A stretch of DNA of 64,000 nucleotides from a virus. The translations under genes were made by a program, and so were the position numbers. Under the pieces are notes generated by a model. That model did not search any database. It had not been told where the DNA came from and saw only the letters and a program-made list of their open reading frames with translations. The stretch lies in IMG/VR virus record IMGVR_UViG_3300006841_000093, positions 1 to 64,000 of that record. One strand, 5' to 3'. This document shows positions 20,597-29,643 of this stretch, one piece after another. The first letter of the stretch is position 1. The number at the start of each line of letters is the position of its first letter.

Positions 20597-21027
20597 TGGA
20601 AACCTATGCAGAAAGACTTGAAAGAGAAAAAAAGGAGAAAATGACTAATTATAATTTTGATGAAATGAAAAGACAAGAAAAGGCCAAAGTAGAACGTAAT
20701 TTGGGTTCTGCAGACTATGATGGTTGTTTAGGTCAAACTGATATACCGGCTGTTGCTCCTGAATGGGATGCAAGAAGGAGTGAAGAAGAACTACAAAAAA
20801 GAAAAGAATTCGCTCAAGACTTAATCGAGAGTGAACAACTACCAAAAGGATCTACAAATGTAGAACTAGAAATATCAAATAGTGATCTCCTACATCTAGC
20901 CAAAGCGGCACATGATAGAGATATAACCTTAAATCAATTATGTATTGATGTTCTTAAAAGTGCTTTTGATGATCTTGATTATCGATTTGAACATTCCTCA
21001 AAACCTGTCGTACTCAAAGAATACTAA
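20593..21027 (+). CDS. Hypothetical protein with C-terminal ribbon-helix-helix/HicB-like segment
   Basis: 'VELEISNSDLLHLAKAAHDRDITLNQL'. Confidence 0.55.
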   Translation: MMETYAERLEREKKEKMTNYNFDEMKRQEKAKVERNLGSADYDGCLGQTDIPAVAPEWDARRSEEELQKRKEFAQDLIESEQLPKGSTNVELEISNSDLLHLAKAAHDRDITLNQLCIDVLKSAFDDLDYRFEHSSKPVVLKEY

Positions 21028-21030
21028 ACC

Positions 21031-22698
21031 TTGATATATTTTAAAAATATTAGGTGGAAGAATTTACTGAGTACCGGCAATCAATTTACAGAAATAGAAT
21101 TAAATAAAACTTCCACTACACTAATTGTCGGAGAAAACGGATCAGGCAAATCTACTGTTTTAGATGCGTTGTGCTTTGGTCTATTCAGTAAACCATTTAG
21201 AAGAATTAATAGACCCCAATTAATCAACTCTATTAATGATGGTGGACTGTTAGTAGAGATTGAGTTTGAAGTTGGTAGTAAATCCTACATGGTTCGTAGG
21301 GGAATCAAGAAAAACATCTTTGAAATTTTTGTTGATGGTCAAAGATTAAATCAAGATGCCAAGACTCAAGATCAACAAGAATACCTTGAAAAGACAATAC
21401 TCAAACTGAACTACAAATCATTTACACAAATTGTTTTATTGGGAGCAAATCATTATATCCCATTTATGCAATTAAAGACACAAGATCGTAAAGGTATTGT
21501 TGAAGATTTACTTGATATTCAAATTTTCTCTGTAATGAATCACTTATTGAGATATAAAATATCAGAAAATAAAGAAGAACATCAAAATGTTGAAGTCAAT
21601 AGAAAATTATCTGTAGGAAATATTGATACTACTGAAGGTGTAATTAATGATTTAAAAAAGACCAAGAAAAATCAAATTCAACAAAATGAACGTGATATTA
21701 GTAACAATGAAAAAGAAATTGAGTCATTAAATACAAAAATACAAGAATTGATAGATTCAATATCAAATGATAAAACGGCTCAAACTCTTAAGGAGTTAGA
21801 AGGATATCAAGATGGTATTGAACGAAAGATGTTAGCAGCCGAAAAGGAAATCGAATTTTATGAACAAAACGATACGTGTTCTACTTGTAGTCAAGAACTA
21901 AATGAAGAACACAAAAAGAAGATGATTTCCGCACATCATGGAATAATGCATACGAGTAAAGGTGGATTATGGGAACTTGGTAACAAAATTAAAGATTTAA
22001 AAAAACGATTAGAAGAAGTAACAAATACTCAAACAGCTATAACTACACATCAAAATCAAGTTCAAGCAATTGGTGGTTATATTACAAAGCTAAAAGATCA
22101 AATTAAAGAAATAGAAGAAAGAGAAGATGATCTTGATGAAAAGGTAAAAAAGTTAAAAGAATTGAAAGAAGAATTTAAATCATGTATAGAACAGTTAGAA
22201 AAATTATCAGAACAGAAACAGTTGTATGAAACTGCAACTATTTTATTAAAAGATACTGGTATCAAAACACGTATCATTAAACAATATCTTCCTATAATGA
22301 ATACGTTAATTAATAAATATCTGGCCTCAATGGATTTCTTTGTGTCTTTTAATTTAGATGAAAAATTTGAAGAAAGCATTAAGTCAAGACATAGAGATGA
22401 ATTCACTTATGATTCATTTAGTGAAGGTGAAAAGATGAGAATAGACTTGGCACTTCTTTTCACTTGGCGAACTATTGCTAAGATGAAGAATAGTGTAAAT
22501 ACAAATTTACTGATTTTAGATGAAGTATTTGATTCCTCTTTAGATGCAAATGGTACAGATGAATTTTTAAAGATACTTAATCATTTAACAGGAAAACAAA
22601 ATGTTTTTATTATTAGTCATAAGGGAGATGTACTCTTTGACAAATTTAAAGATGTTATTAGATTTGAGAAATTTAAAAACTTTTCGAGGATAGTATGA
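21031..22698 (+). CDS. gp46: Recombination ATPase subunit (Rad50/SbcC-like)
   Basis: 'GENGSGKS', coiled coil with CxxC hook 'CSTC', 'FSEGEKMRIDLA', 'LILDEVFD'. Confidence 0.97.
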   Translation: MIYFKNIRWKNLLSTGNQFTEIELNKTSTTLIVGENGSGKSTVLDALCFGLFSKPFRRINRPQLINSINDGGLLVEIEFEVGSKSYMVRRGIKKNIFEIFVDGQRLNQDAKTQDQQEYLEKTILKLNYKSFTQIVLLGANHYIPFMQLKTQDRKGIVEDLLDIQIFSVMNHLLRYKISENKEEHQNVEVNRKLSVGNIDTTEGVINDLKKTKKNQIQQNERDISNNEKEIESLNTKIQELIDSISNDKTAQTLKELEGYQDGIERKMLAAEKEIEFYEQNDTCSTCSQELNEEHKKKMISAHHGIMHTSKGGLWELGNKIKDLKKRLEEVTNTQTAITTHQNQVQAIGGYITKLKDQIKEIEEREDDLDEKVKKLKELKEEFKSCIEQLEKLSEQKQLYETATILLKDTGIKTRIIKQYLPIMNTLINKYLASMDFFVSFNLDEKFEESIKSRHRDEFTYDSFSEGEKMRIDLALLFTWRTIAKMKNSVNTNLLILDEVFDSSLDANGTDEFLKILNHLTGKQNVFIISHKGDVLFDKFKDVIRFEKFKNFSRIV

Positions 22699-23204
22699 GA
22701 GAATTAGTATTAGAAGATGATCCTATTTTAAGGAAACGAGCAGTTCCTTTTGATTTTGATAATCCACAAGAAGACCCAGAAAAATTAACAGAAGAATTGT
22801 TAGATGCAATGCAAAAGTATGAAGGAATCGGTTTATCTGCTTGTCAAATAGGAGTTGACTTAAAAGTATTTGTGATGAGATATAATGGTGGTGCACTAGC
22901 AATGTTTAATCCAAGAATAGTTGAATATTCTCCACAAACCACATATATTAGCGAGGGATGTTTATCTTTTCCGGGATTATTTTTTCCAGTAGAGAGGGCG
23001 TATGGAGTTTCTACAGAATATTATCGAAAAGACGGAATTAAGATGAGTGGTACATTTGTTGATATAACAGCAAAATGTTTTCAACATGAGTATGATCACA
23101 TGTTAGGTAAATTATATACAGATGGAGTCAGCAATTTAAAATTAAAGAATGCCAGAAAAAAACAAGCACTCTGGAAAAGGAAAAATGGAAGAGTTCAAAG
23201 TTAA
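22695..23204 (+). CDS. def: Peptide deformylase
   Basis: All three PDF motifs: GIGLSACQIG, EGCLS, QHEYDH. Confidence 0.95.
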   Translation: MRELVLEDDPILRKRAVPFDFDNPQEDPEKLTEELLDAMQKYEGIGLSACQIGVDLKVFVMRYNGGALAMFNPRIVEYSPQTTYISEGCLSFPGLFFPVERAYGVSTEYYRKDGIKMSGTFVDITAKCFQHEYDHMLGKLYTDGVSNLKLKNARKKQALWKRKNGRVQS

Positions 23205-23322
23205 AAAAGATAAGAAAATCAGTAGGAAGAAAAGACGCCAAAATAATGATTATAAAAATTGGTCTGTAGATGATGTAGAAGACTTAGAAGAGGAGGAAGA
23301 AAAAGAGATAAATATTAGATAG
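23185..23322 (+). CDS. Small charged hypothetical protein (45 aa, not in ORF track)
   Basis: MEEFKVKKDKKISRKKRRQNNDYKNWSVDDVEDLEEEEEKEINIR; fills the gap between def and the ExbB-like gene. Confidence 0.5.
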   Translation: MEEFKVKKDKKISRKKRRQNNDYKNWSVDDVEDLEEEEEKEINIR

Positions 23323-23344
23323 AAAGAACTTTTAAGGAGAATAA

Positions 23345-23830
23345 ATGAAAATAGGAACAAAACTTTTAAAATGGTGGTTAATATTTTGCTTGATACTTAT
23401 AGGGTTTGGCACATCATATCATTTTAACTTGCATTCACTTTTATATTATGCAGATGTTACTAAACTTAGTTTTCTGATTATTATCATTTTCGTATTTACC
23501 TCAGTTTGGATTGGAAGAAAAACTTACGATTTAGAAACTAATTCTGACATTGATAATAAAATCGATGTTGGATGGTTTATTGCTGAAACTTGTCTTGCAT
23601 TAGGAATGGTTGGAACAGTAACCGGCTTTTTGTATATGTTAGGAACAGCATTCGAAAATATAGATGTTTCCAATACACAAACGTTACAAGACGCCCTTGC
23701 CTCAATGGCGAAGGGAATGTCTACCGCACTATATACAACCTTAACGGGTTTAATTGCTTCAATAGTCATTAAAGTACAATTAGTGAATTATGAAGTGGGC
23801 GAAGAAACTAATGAGTTACTTCAAGGATAG
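23345..23830 (+). CDS. MotA/TolQ/ExbB proton-channel family protein
   Basis: 'LGMVGTVTG' and 'GMSTALYTTLTGLIAS' family motifs; several TM segments. Confidence 0.85.
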   Translation: MKIGTKLLKWWLIFCLILIGFGTSYHFNLHSLLYYADVTKLSFLIIIIFVFTSVWIGRKTYDLETNSDIDNKIDVGWFIAETCLALGMVGTVTGFLYMLGTAFENIDVSNTQTLQDALASMAKGMSTALYTTLTGLIASIVIKVQLVNYEVGEETNELLQG

Positions 23831-23833
23831 CCC

Positions 23834-24646
23834 ATGTTCGATAAAAATAGATATAAGTCAACTATCGGGTTTACCGATATGTTGTTTAACGTATTGGTCG
23901 GTTTTGCCTTTCTTTTTATTGTGGCATTTTTACTTATAAAGCCCGAATCTAAAAAAGAAGATTTTGAAAGAAAAGCAGAATTTGTTATTGTTATGGAATG
24001 GGATCATGATCAACCTGATGATATTGATCTTTATGTACAAGATCCAACAGAAAATAAAGTACACTTTAGATTACCCATAATTAATTTTATGTATTTAGAT
24101 AAAGATGATTTGGGCTTTGCAAATGATGTTGTAACAAATGTCGATGGTACAGTACAAAAAGTAAATATCAATAGGGAAGTAGTTACTATTCGTGGAATCA
24201 TTCCTGGCGAATATATTGTTAATGCACATTATTATTCTTCAAGAGAGTGGACACGCATGGGACAATTAGCTACGAATGTTGGAGTTGTTCCAGAAGTCTC
24301 AAGTGAGAAAGTTTATAATAAAAAAGAACCATTAACTGTAAAAATAGAACTACATAGAGTTGATCCTTATAAAATTATGTGGGTAGGTGAAAAGAAATTT
24401 TTTCGCAAAGGCCAAGAAGAAACTTTTGTGAGATTTAAAATAGATAAAGAGGGAGAACAAATTGGAGCTTTTTCTTATGAAGAAAAAAAGTTTGTGACTC
24501 CATTTGATAATAGAGTAGGAATGGTCGCCCCTGCTCATGAACCAACAGGTTCACCATATATAAATTCGGGTACAGAAGAATCTCATTATTCTGAACGAGA
24601 TACAGGTACGGTTTCTGAAGAGTATGATGGGGTGGGGGGATTTTAG
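23834..24646 (+). CDS. Single-TM partner of the ExbB-like protein (MotB/ExbD-like TM Asp; DUF2135-like soluble domain)
   Basis: N-terminal TM 'GFTDMLFNVLVGFAFLFIVAF' with Asp; 'MEWD...DDIDLYVQDP'. Confidence 0.6.
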   Translation: MFDKNRYKSTIGFTDMLFNVLVGFAFLFIVAFLLIKPESKKEDFERKAEFVIVMEWDHDQPDDIDLYVQDPTENKVHFRLPIINFMYLDKDDLGFANDVVTNVDGTVQKVNINREVVTIRGIIPGEYIVNAHYYSSREWTRMGQLATNVGVVPEVSSEKVYNKKEPLTVKIELHRVDPYKIMWVGEKKFFRKGQEETFVRFKIDKEGEQIGAFSYEEKKFVTPFDNRVGMVAPAHEPTGSPYINSGTEESHYSERDTGTVSEEYDGVGGF

Positions 24647-24648
24647 AT

Positions 24649-25140
24649 ATGATAGGAATTTTAGTTTTTGGATTAGTAGTTCTTTCTACTGTTTGTCTTT
24701 GGTTATTAATCGAACAAAGAAAGAGTTGGAAATTTTTGATTTGGTTTATCCCTATTCTTTTAGTATTAAGCGCTTCAACTTATGTTACTTATACTTCAAT
24801 ATTAGGTTTTCCAAAAGTTGGAATACCACAAAAAGGAATGTATTTAAAACACTTTGTGGATGAACCAAGATGGATTTATCTATGGGTTTTGGGTAAAGAT
24901 AAAATACCAATGTCATATCAAATAGTTTATTCTAAAGAAACACATAATTCATTAGAGGGAGTTAAAGGTAAATCAGAAGAAGGTGCTTTTATGGTTTTAG
25001 GAGAAGATTCTGATTTAGAAGTAGATGAAGGAGATGGTAAAGAGCAAAACACTCGGCGAGGTTTTACAATAGGTGGTGATATAGGATTTTATGAATGGGA
25101 TTTTGAAACAAGTCTTACACCAAAAGACACACAACAATAA
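24649..25140 (+). CDS. Hypothetical membrane protein (2 N-terminal TM helices)
   Basis: Hydrophobic N-terminus; tightly coupled to the upstream genes. Confidence 0.65.
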   Translation: MIGILVFGLVVLSTVCLWLLIEQRKSWKFLIWFIPILLVLSASTYVTYTSILGFPKVGIPQKGMYLKHFVDEPRWIYLWVLGKDKIPMSYQIVYSKETHNSLEGVKGKSEEGAFMVLGEDSDLEVDEGDGKEQNTRRGFTIGGDIGFYEWDFETSLTPKDTQQ

Positions 25141-25151
25141 TAAAGGAACAA

Positions 25152-25385
25152 ATGCAAAAAAAGCTATTATTAGTTTTTATAATGGCGACATGGATGGTTG
25201 TTGGTTGTACAACAAATTTTACAAATACAGATAAAGATGGTTGTTATGGATTTTGGGAAGATAATCGATGGGGATTGAAAAGAGGTACTATAGCAGGCAA
25301 AAATACTAACTATAAGAAACCTTATCGACAATGTGTAGATGAAGATAATCATATATTAAATAAAGAAAAAAGACCTTATGGTTAA
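25152..25385 (+). CDS. Putative lipoprotein
   Basis: Signal peptide with lipobox-like 'MVVGC'. Confidence 0.55.
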   Translation: MQKKLLLVFIMATWMVVGCTTNFTNTDKDGCYGFWEDNRWGLKRGTIAGKNTNYKKPYRQCVDEDNHILNKEKRPYG

Positions 25386-25398
25386 ATAGGAGATTATT

Positions 25399-26367
25399 AT
25401 GTTTAGATTCTTTTTGAATAAAAAATGGTGGTTGTGGTCTTGGCTTGGTTCAATAATTATTTTGGGATCACTTTGGGTTCAAGTAAAAATTGATGTAAAA
25501 ATAAATGAATGGTTTGGTGTTTTTTATGACATGATACAAAAAGCACTTGCTACACCAAATGCAGTTACAATAGAAGAATATTTTGCGAGTTTATTTTCTT
25601 TTATTACACTAGCAGGAATATATGTTGGACTTTATGTTGTAATAAGTTATTTTACAGCCCATTATTTGTTTAGATGGCGTACAGCAATGGTTGAGTGGTA
25701 TCATAGTGTATATGAGAAAGCCAGAACAATAGAAGGAGCATCACAAAGGGTTCAAGAAGATACAATTAAATTTACCCGTATAATGGAAAGTTTAGGAACA
25801 TCTTTAATTGAATCAGTTATGGTTTTGGTTCAGTTTATTCCTATACTATTTGGATTGTCAATAGGTATTCCAATATTCTTTTTTGGTGAATGGGAATATG
25901 GATTGATTACAGGTGCATTACTTTGGACATTAGGTGGTACTGCTTTTTTAATTGGATTAGGGTGGATATTACGTCTAGTTGGTATAGAATATGATATACA
26001 AGCAAAGGAAGCGGCATATAGAAAAATACTTGTCATTGCCGAAGATGATGGAACAGTTAGACCAAAGAAAATTGAGGAGTTTTTTGAAGATGTTCGTAAG
26101 ATTCATTTTTTAAGTTACTTACGTTATCTATATTTTAATATTGGTCGAATGGCATACTTACAAGCAAATGTATTATCAGCTTATGTATTCCTAGCACCAG
26201 CAATAGTTGCAGGAGTGATGACTCTAGGTGTAATGCAACAAATAATAAGGGCATTTGGTCGAGTAGAAGGATCAATGCAATATCTATTAAAGGCGTGGCC
26301 TACCATTATTGAATTAATGAGTGTCTATAGGCGTTTACGTGAATTTGAAACTAAATTGAAAGGATAA
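25399..26367 (+). CDS. sbmA: SbmA/BacA-like peptide transporter
   Basis: 'INEWFGVFYDMIQKAL', 'FRWRTAM', 'IEGASQRVQEDT', 'AAYRKILVIAEDD'. Confidence 0.88.
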   Translation: MFRFFLNKKWWLWSWLGSIIILGSLWVQVKIDVKINEWFGVFYDMIQKALATPNAVTIEEYFASLFSFITLAGIYVGLYVVISYFTAHYLFRWRTAMVEWYHSVYEKARTIEGASQRVQEDTIKFTRIMESLGTSLIESVMVLVQFIPILFGLSIGIPIFFFGEWEYGLITGALLWTLGGTAFLIGLGWILRLVGIEYDIQAKEAAYRKILVIAEDDGTVRPKKIEEFFEDVRKIHFLSYLRYLYFNIGRMAYLQANVLSAYVFLAPAIVAGVMTLGVMQQIIRAFGRVEGSMQYLLKAWPTIIELMSVYRRLREFETKLKG

Positions 26368-26368
26368 C

Positions 26369-26515
26369 ATGGAAAGTTACGATATGTGTACTCAAATAAT
26401 ACATGAAATGTCAGATACCCATAAGTGGATGGGATTATTTATGTTCGGTTTTGGACTTTTTGTAGGAGTTATATTTCAAAAAATCCAAGATGGTGAGGTG
26501 GAAAGGACGCCATAA
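26369..26515 (+). CDS. Small membrane protein (48 aa, not in ORF track)
   Basis: ATG one base after the sbmA stop; central hydrophobic segment 'WMGLFMFGFGLFVGVIF'. Confidence 0.5.
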   Translation: MESYDMCTQIIHEMSDTHKWMGLFMFGFGLFVGVIFQKIQDGEVERTP

Positions 26516-26647
26516 TAATAGACAGAACAAACGAACAAAGAGAAAAGGCTAAGTTTTTTAGACAATATCGTTATAGGTGGGCTAAAATATTTGGTAAAAT
26601 GTCAATGAAACAAGAAAATGAATTATGGGAGATGTGGATAAGACCGA

Positions 26648-27196
26648 ATGAAAAAACATGAGCCGTTTAAAATTCCTATTTGGGAATTTGACCAACTAGG
26701 AATAGATAATGATTTACTAACAACTTATTGTTTAGAGTTTGAAGCAGAAAACCCCTCTATAACAAAAAGTAATCAAGGTGGTTATCAATCACCAAATTTA
26801 CTATTAAGCAATATGGAAATTTGTACATTGGTTACTGATATAGAATGGAAACTGCGTGAAATACAAGAAACTCCTTTAGTTGTATCTAATATATGGTTTA
26901 ATATTAATAGATACAAAGATACCAATCTTCCTCACGTACATCCAATGTCTCATTATTCTGGTGTATATTACGTTAAAACTTCTAAAGATTGTGGAAACAT
27001 TAATTTAGAACATCCGGCTCTTGATCTTTTACATCATTATCCTAATGGTGGAAAGGGTGCACTCTTTATTGGAGAGGCGCTAGAAAAAAGATTATATATA
27101 TTTCCAAGTTGGTTAAAGCATTATGTTTCACCCAATCTTAATAAAGATCAAGAAAGAATATCTATATCTTTCAATACTACGAATGGGGGTGGATAA
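26648..27196 (+). CDS. Putative 2OG-Fe(II) oxygenase (TIGR02466-like), second copy
   Basis: 'WFNINRYKDTNLPHVHP...SGVYYVK...FPSWLKHYV...RISISFN'. Confidence 0.85.
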   Translation: MKKHEPFKIPIWEFDQLGIDNDLLTTYCLEFEAENPSITKSNQGGYQSPNLLLSNMEICTLVTDIEWKLREIQETPLVVSNIWFNINRYKDTNLPHVHPMSHYSGVYYVKTSKDCGNINLEHPALDLLHHYPNGGKGALFIGEALEKRLYIFPSWLKHYVSPNLNKDQERISISFNTTNGGG

Positions 27197-27441
27197 TGCC
27201 TATTTATGAGTATAAATGTGACAAGTGTAATTGTATGTGGGAAGAAATTCAAAAGTTTAGTGATCCCACATTAACCTTATGCAAGGGATGTGAGCAAGAA
27301 GGAGGTGTTCATAAGCTCATTCCCGGCCAAATGAATTTTATATTAAAAGGTGATGGATGGTTCAAGGATGGATATTCCACACCAGCTAAAGAAAATGAGG
27401 GTGCTGATTCTGGGGCGGCGCAGGTGACTACTGACCAGTAA
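27196..27441 (+). CDS. FmdB-family zinc-ribbon protein
   Basis: 'MPIYEYKCDKC...CKGC...FILKGDGWFKDGY'. Confidence 0.9.
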   Translation: MPIYEYKCDKCNCMWEEIQKFSDPTLTLCKGCEQEGGVHKLIPGQMNFILKGDGWFKDGYSTPAKENEGADSGAAQVTTDQ

Positions 27442-27550
27442 CCAGATCGGCGGGTTTCGTCATCCGTCAGCAGTAGAGTCGTAAACACGTTGGACTCTTT
27501 GACTGTAGCACTCTCATCTTATATTATGTACCTATGAAAAAGAAACCCAA

Positions 27551-29107
27551 ATGAAAATAGTTATTGTTGGTGGCGGCACTGCTGGTTGGATTAGTGCAAT
27601 AATTGCTAGTGCAAGACATCCTAATCACAATATTACTGTTATAGAAAGCAGTAAAATAGCAGTTGTAGGAGTAGGTGAAAGTACAACAGGATTTTTTACT
27701 TCTATACTTGCAAACGGAGCAACAAACTTTGGTTGTGACCAACATGAATTTATCAAAGAAACAGGTGCAACACTAAAATATGCTATCAAACATAAAGGCT
27801 GGACTAATAATATAGATGATTATTACATAGGACCGATAGATGGAACGACCACTAACTGGTTTGTACCTGACATTATGTTTAATTATGGTTTAGATAAGCT
27901 ATCGCGACAAGATATGTTAAAATTATCAAGGCTTGGCCATAGGATTTATCATGGTAGTAGTAATTTTAACATACATACTAAACAATTTACAAATGTAAAA
28001 GATCATGCATATCATATAGACGCACACCTTACTGGTCAATATTTTAAGAAAATTTGTCTACAAAGAAATAACATAAAATTTATTGATTCAGAGGTATTGG
28101 ATGTGTCACTTAATGAACAGGGATATGTTAAAGACTTGAGCCTATCTAATGGCCAGACTGTTGATGGTGACTTATTTATTGACTGTTCAGGCTTTAATCG
28201 TGTAATAATGAAACACCTACCAAGCAAATGGATCAGTTATAAAGACAACTTACCATTAAACGTCGGTATGCCATTCAATTTAAAATATAAACAAGATGAA
28301 ATTCCTGAACCATATACAACAGCTTGGGCTCAAAAAGCAGGATGGATGTGGCAAATTCCATTAATGGACAGAAAAGGATGTGGGTATGTGTATTGTGATG
28401 CATATACTACTCCAGACAAAGCACAAGAAGAAATAGAAACTATACTAGGACAGGAGATTGATCCTATTAGAACAATTAAATTTTCTTCTGGACGGCAAGA
28501 ATCTGCATGGATCAAAAACTGTGTAACAATAGGACTTAGTAGTGCTTTCTTAGAACCATTGGAAGCAATTAGTATACATTCAACTATTGCACAAGCAAAC
28601 AATCTATTCTTAGAATGTGTAAAACCTACCATCAACAATACAATAAATAAAGGCAGTATTGCAATTTATAACAAGCGTACAAGAATAATGTATGATGATT
28701 TAAAAGATTTTCTTGTAATGCACTATATGGGTGGCCGAGAAGATAGTGAATTCTGGAAATATATAAAAACTGGTGTAACAAAAACCGAAATGGTTAAAGA
28801 ATTACTAGAAATGGCTAAAACTAATATACCTAATATTAATGCAGTCCCAGATAATCCAGGCGGTGCAAATTGGGGTTTATGGAGTTATGTAATGGAAGGC
28901 ATTAATGTAATCAATAAAGATGTAGCGGGTGCAGAATTGTCATGTATATATGACGGGATCAACTTGGCTGAACTTGCACAACTAGATTATTATGAGATGA
29001 ATAAACAATGGGATCAAGACTTACAAAATGAGTCTACATACAAAGAATTTATTGAATATTTTAGGGGATTAACAGATGAAAAAGAAACATCGAACACTTT
29101 ACGATAA
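27551..29107 (+). CDS. Flavin-dependent tryptophan-halogenase-family protein
   Basis: 'VGGGTAGW', 'VGVGESTT', 'GATLK', 'FIDCSGF', 'GWMWQIPL', 'FLEPLEA'. Confidence 0.92.
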   Translation: MKIVIVGGGTAGWISAIIASARHPNHNITVIESSKIAVVGVGESTTGFFTSILANGATNFGCDQHEFIKETGATLKYAIKHKGWTNNIDDYYIGPIDGTTTNWFVPDIMFNYGLDKLSRQDMLKLSRLGHRIYHGSSNFNIHTKQFTNVKDHAYHIDAHLTGQYFKKICLQRNNIKFIDSEVLDVSLNEQGYVKDLSLSNGQTVDGDLFIDCSGFNRVIMKHLPSKWISYKDNLPLNVGMPFNLKYKQDEIPEPYTTAWAQKAGWMWQIPLMDRKGCGYVYCDAYTTPDKAQEEIETILGQEIDPIRTIKFSSGRQESAWIKNCVTIGLSSAFLEPLEAISIHSTIAQANNLFLECVKPTINNTINKGSIAIYNKRTRIMYDDLKDFLVMHYMGGREDSEFWKYIKTGVTKTEMVKELLEMAKTNIPNINAVPDNPGGANWGLWSYVMEGINVINKDVAGAELSCIYDGINLAELAQLDYYEMNKQWDQDLQNESTYKEFIEYFRGLTDEKETSNTLR

Positions 29108-29132
29108 TTGGAAATATAAAAAAGGAAACTTT

Positions 29133-29570
29133 ATGGAATTTAATAATCCTATTTTTCAAACTCTTTTGGGTTTGGTAATTTTTTACATTGGTTTAAAAAT
29201 GTTTTCAGGTGGTATGAAGTCAATGGGAAAACTAGAACATCTTGAATATTTTATACACAATCCCTATTGGATGTTTTTCGGAGCAATAGGATGTACCCTC
29301 CTCTGGCAATCTTCATCACTTTCTACAACTGCTATAATAGGTCTAGTTGCTTCAGGCGCACTACCACTTCCTTCTGCGATTGCTGCAGTATTGGGAGCAA
29401 ATATAGGAACGACAGGCACTATATGGTTAGCAGGAATAATGGTTTCTGATGGAATGCCTCAAGGAATAACAAAACAAATAGCAATAGTACATACAGGAGT
29501 AAATGCAGCTATGGCAATTGCTTTACTTCCATTTTGTCAAGTTATAGCACGATTCGTGTCAAGATTTTGA
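29133..29570 (+). CDS. Na+/Pi cotransporter-family protein (single repeat)
   Basis: 'LWQSSSLSTTAIIGLV', 'LGANIGTT'; ATG at 29133 with AAGGA RBS. Confidence 0.85.
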   Translation: MEFNNPIFQTLLGLVIFYIGLKMFSGGMKSMGKLEHLEYFIHNPYWMFFGAIGCTLLWQSSSLSTTAIIGLVASGALPLPSAIAAVLGANIGTTGTIWLAGIMVSDGMPQGITKQIAIVHTGVNAAMAIALLPFCQVIARFVSRF

Positions 29571-29643
29571 TTTGATAAATAGAGATAAGAGATGGAAGGT
29601 TTCTTATCCACACACTTTTAATTATTAATGTCGGAAGGACGTA

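Noticed and set aside
27398-27415. GCTGATTCTGG matches the 5' end of E. coli tmRNA
   Set aside because: The following ATTCGAC is absent and no matching T-arm/CCA 3' end lies nearby; the match is likely chance within a hairpin
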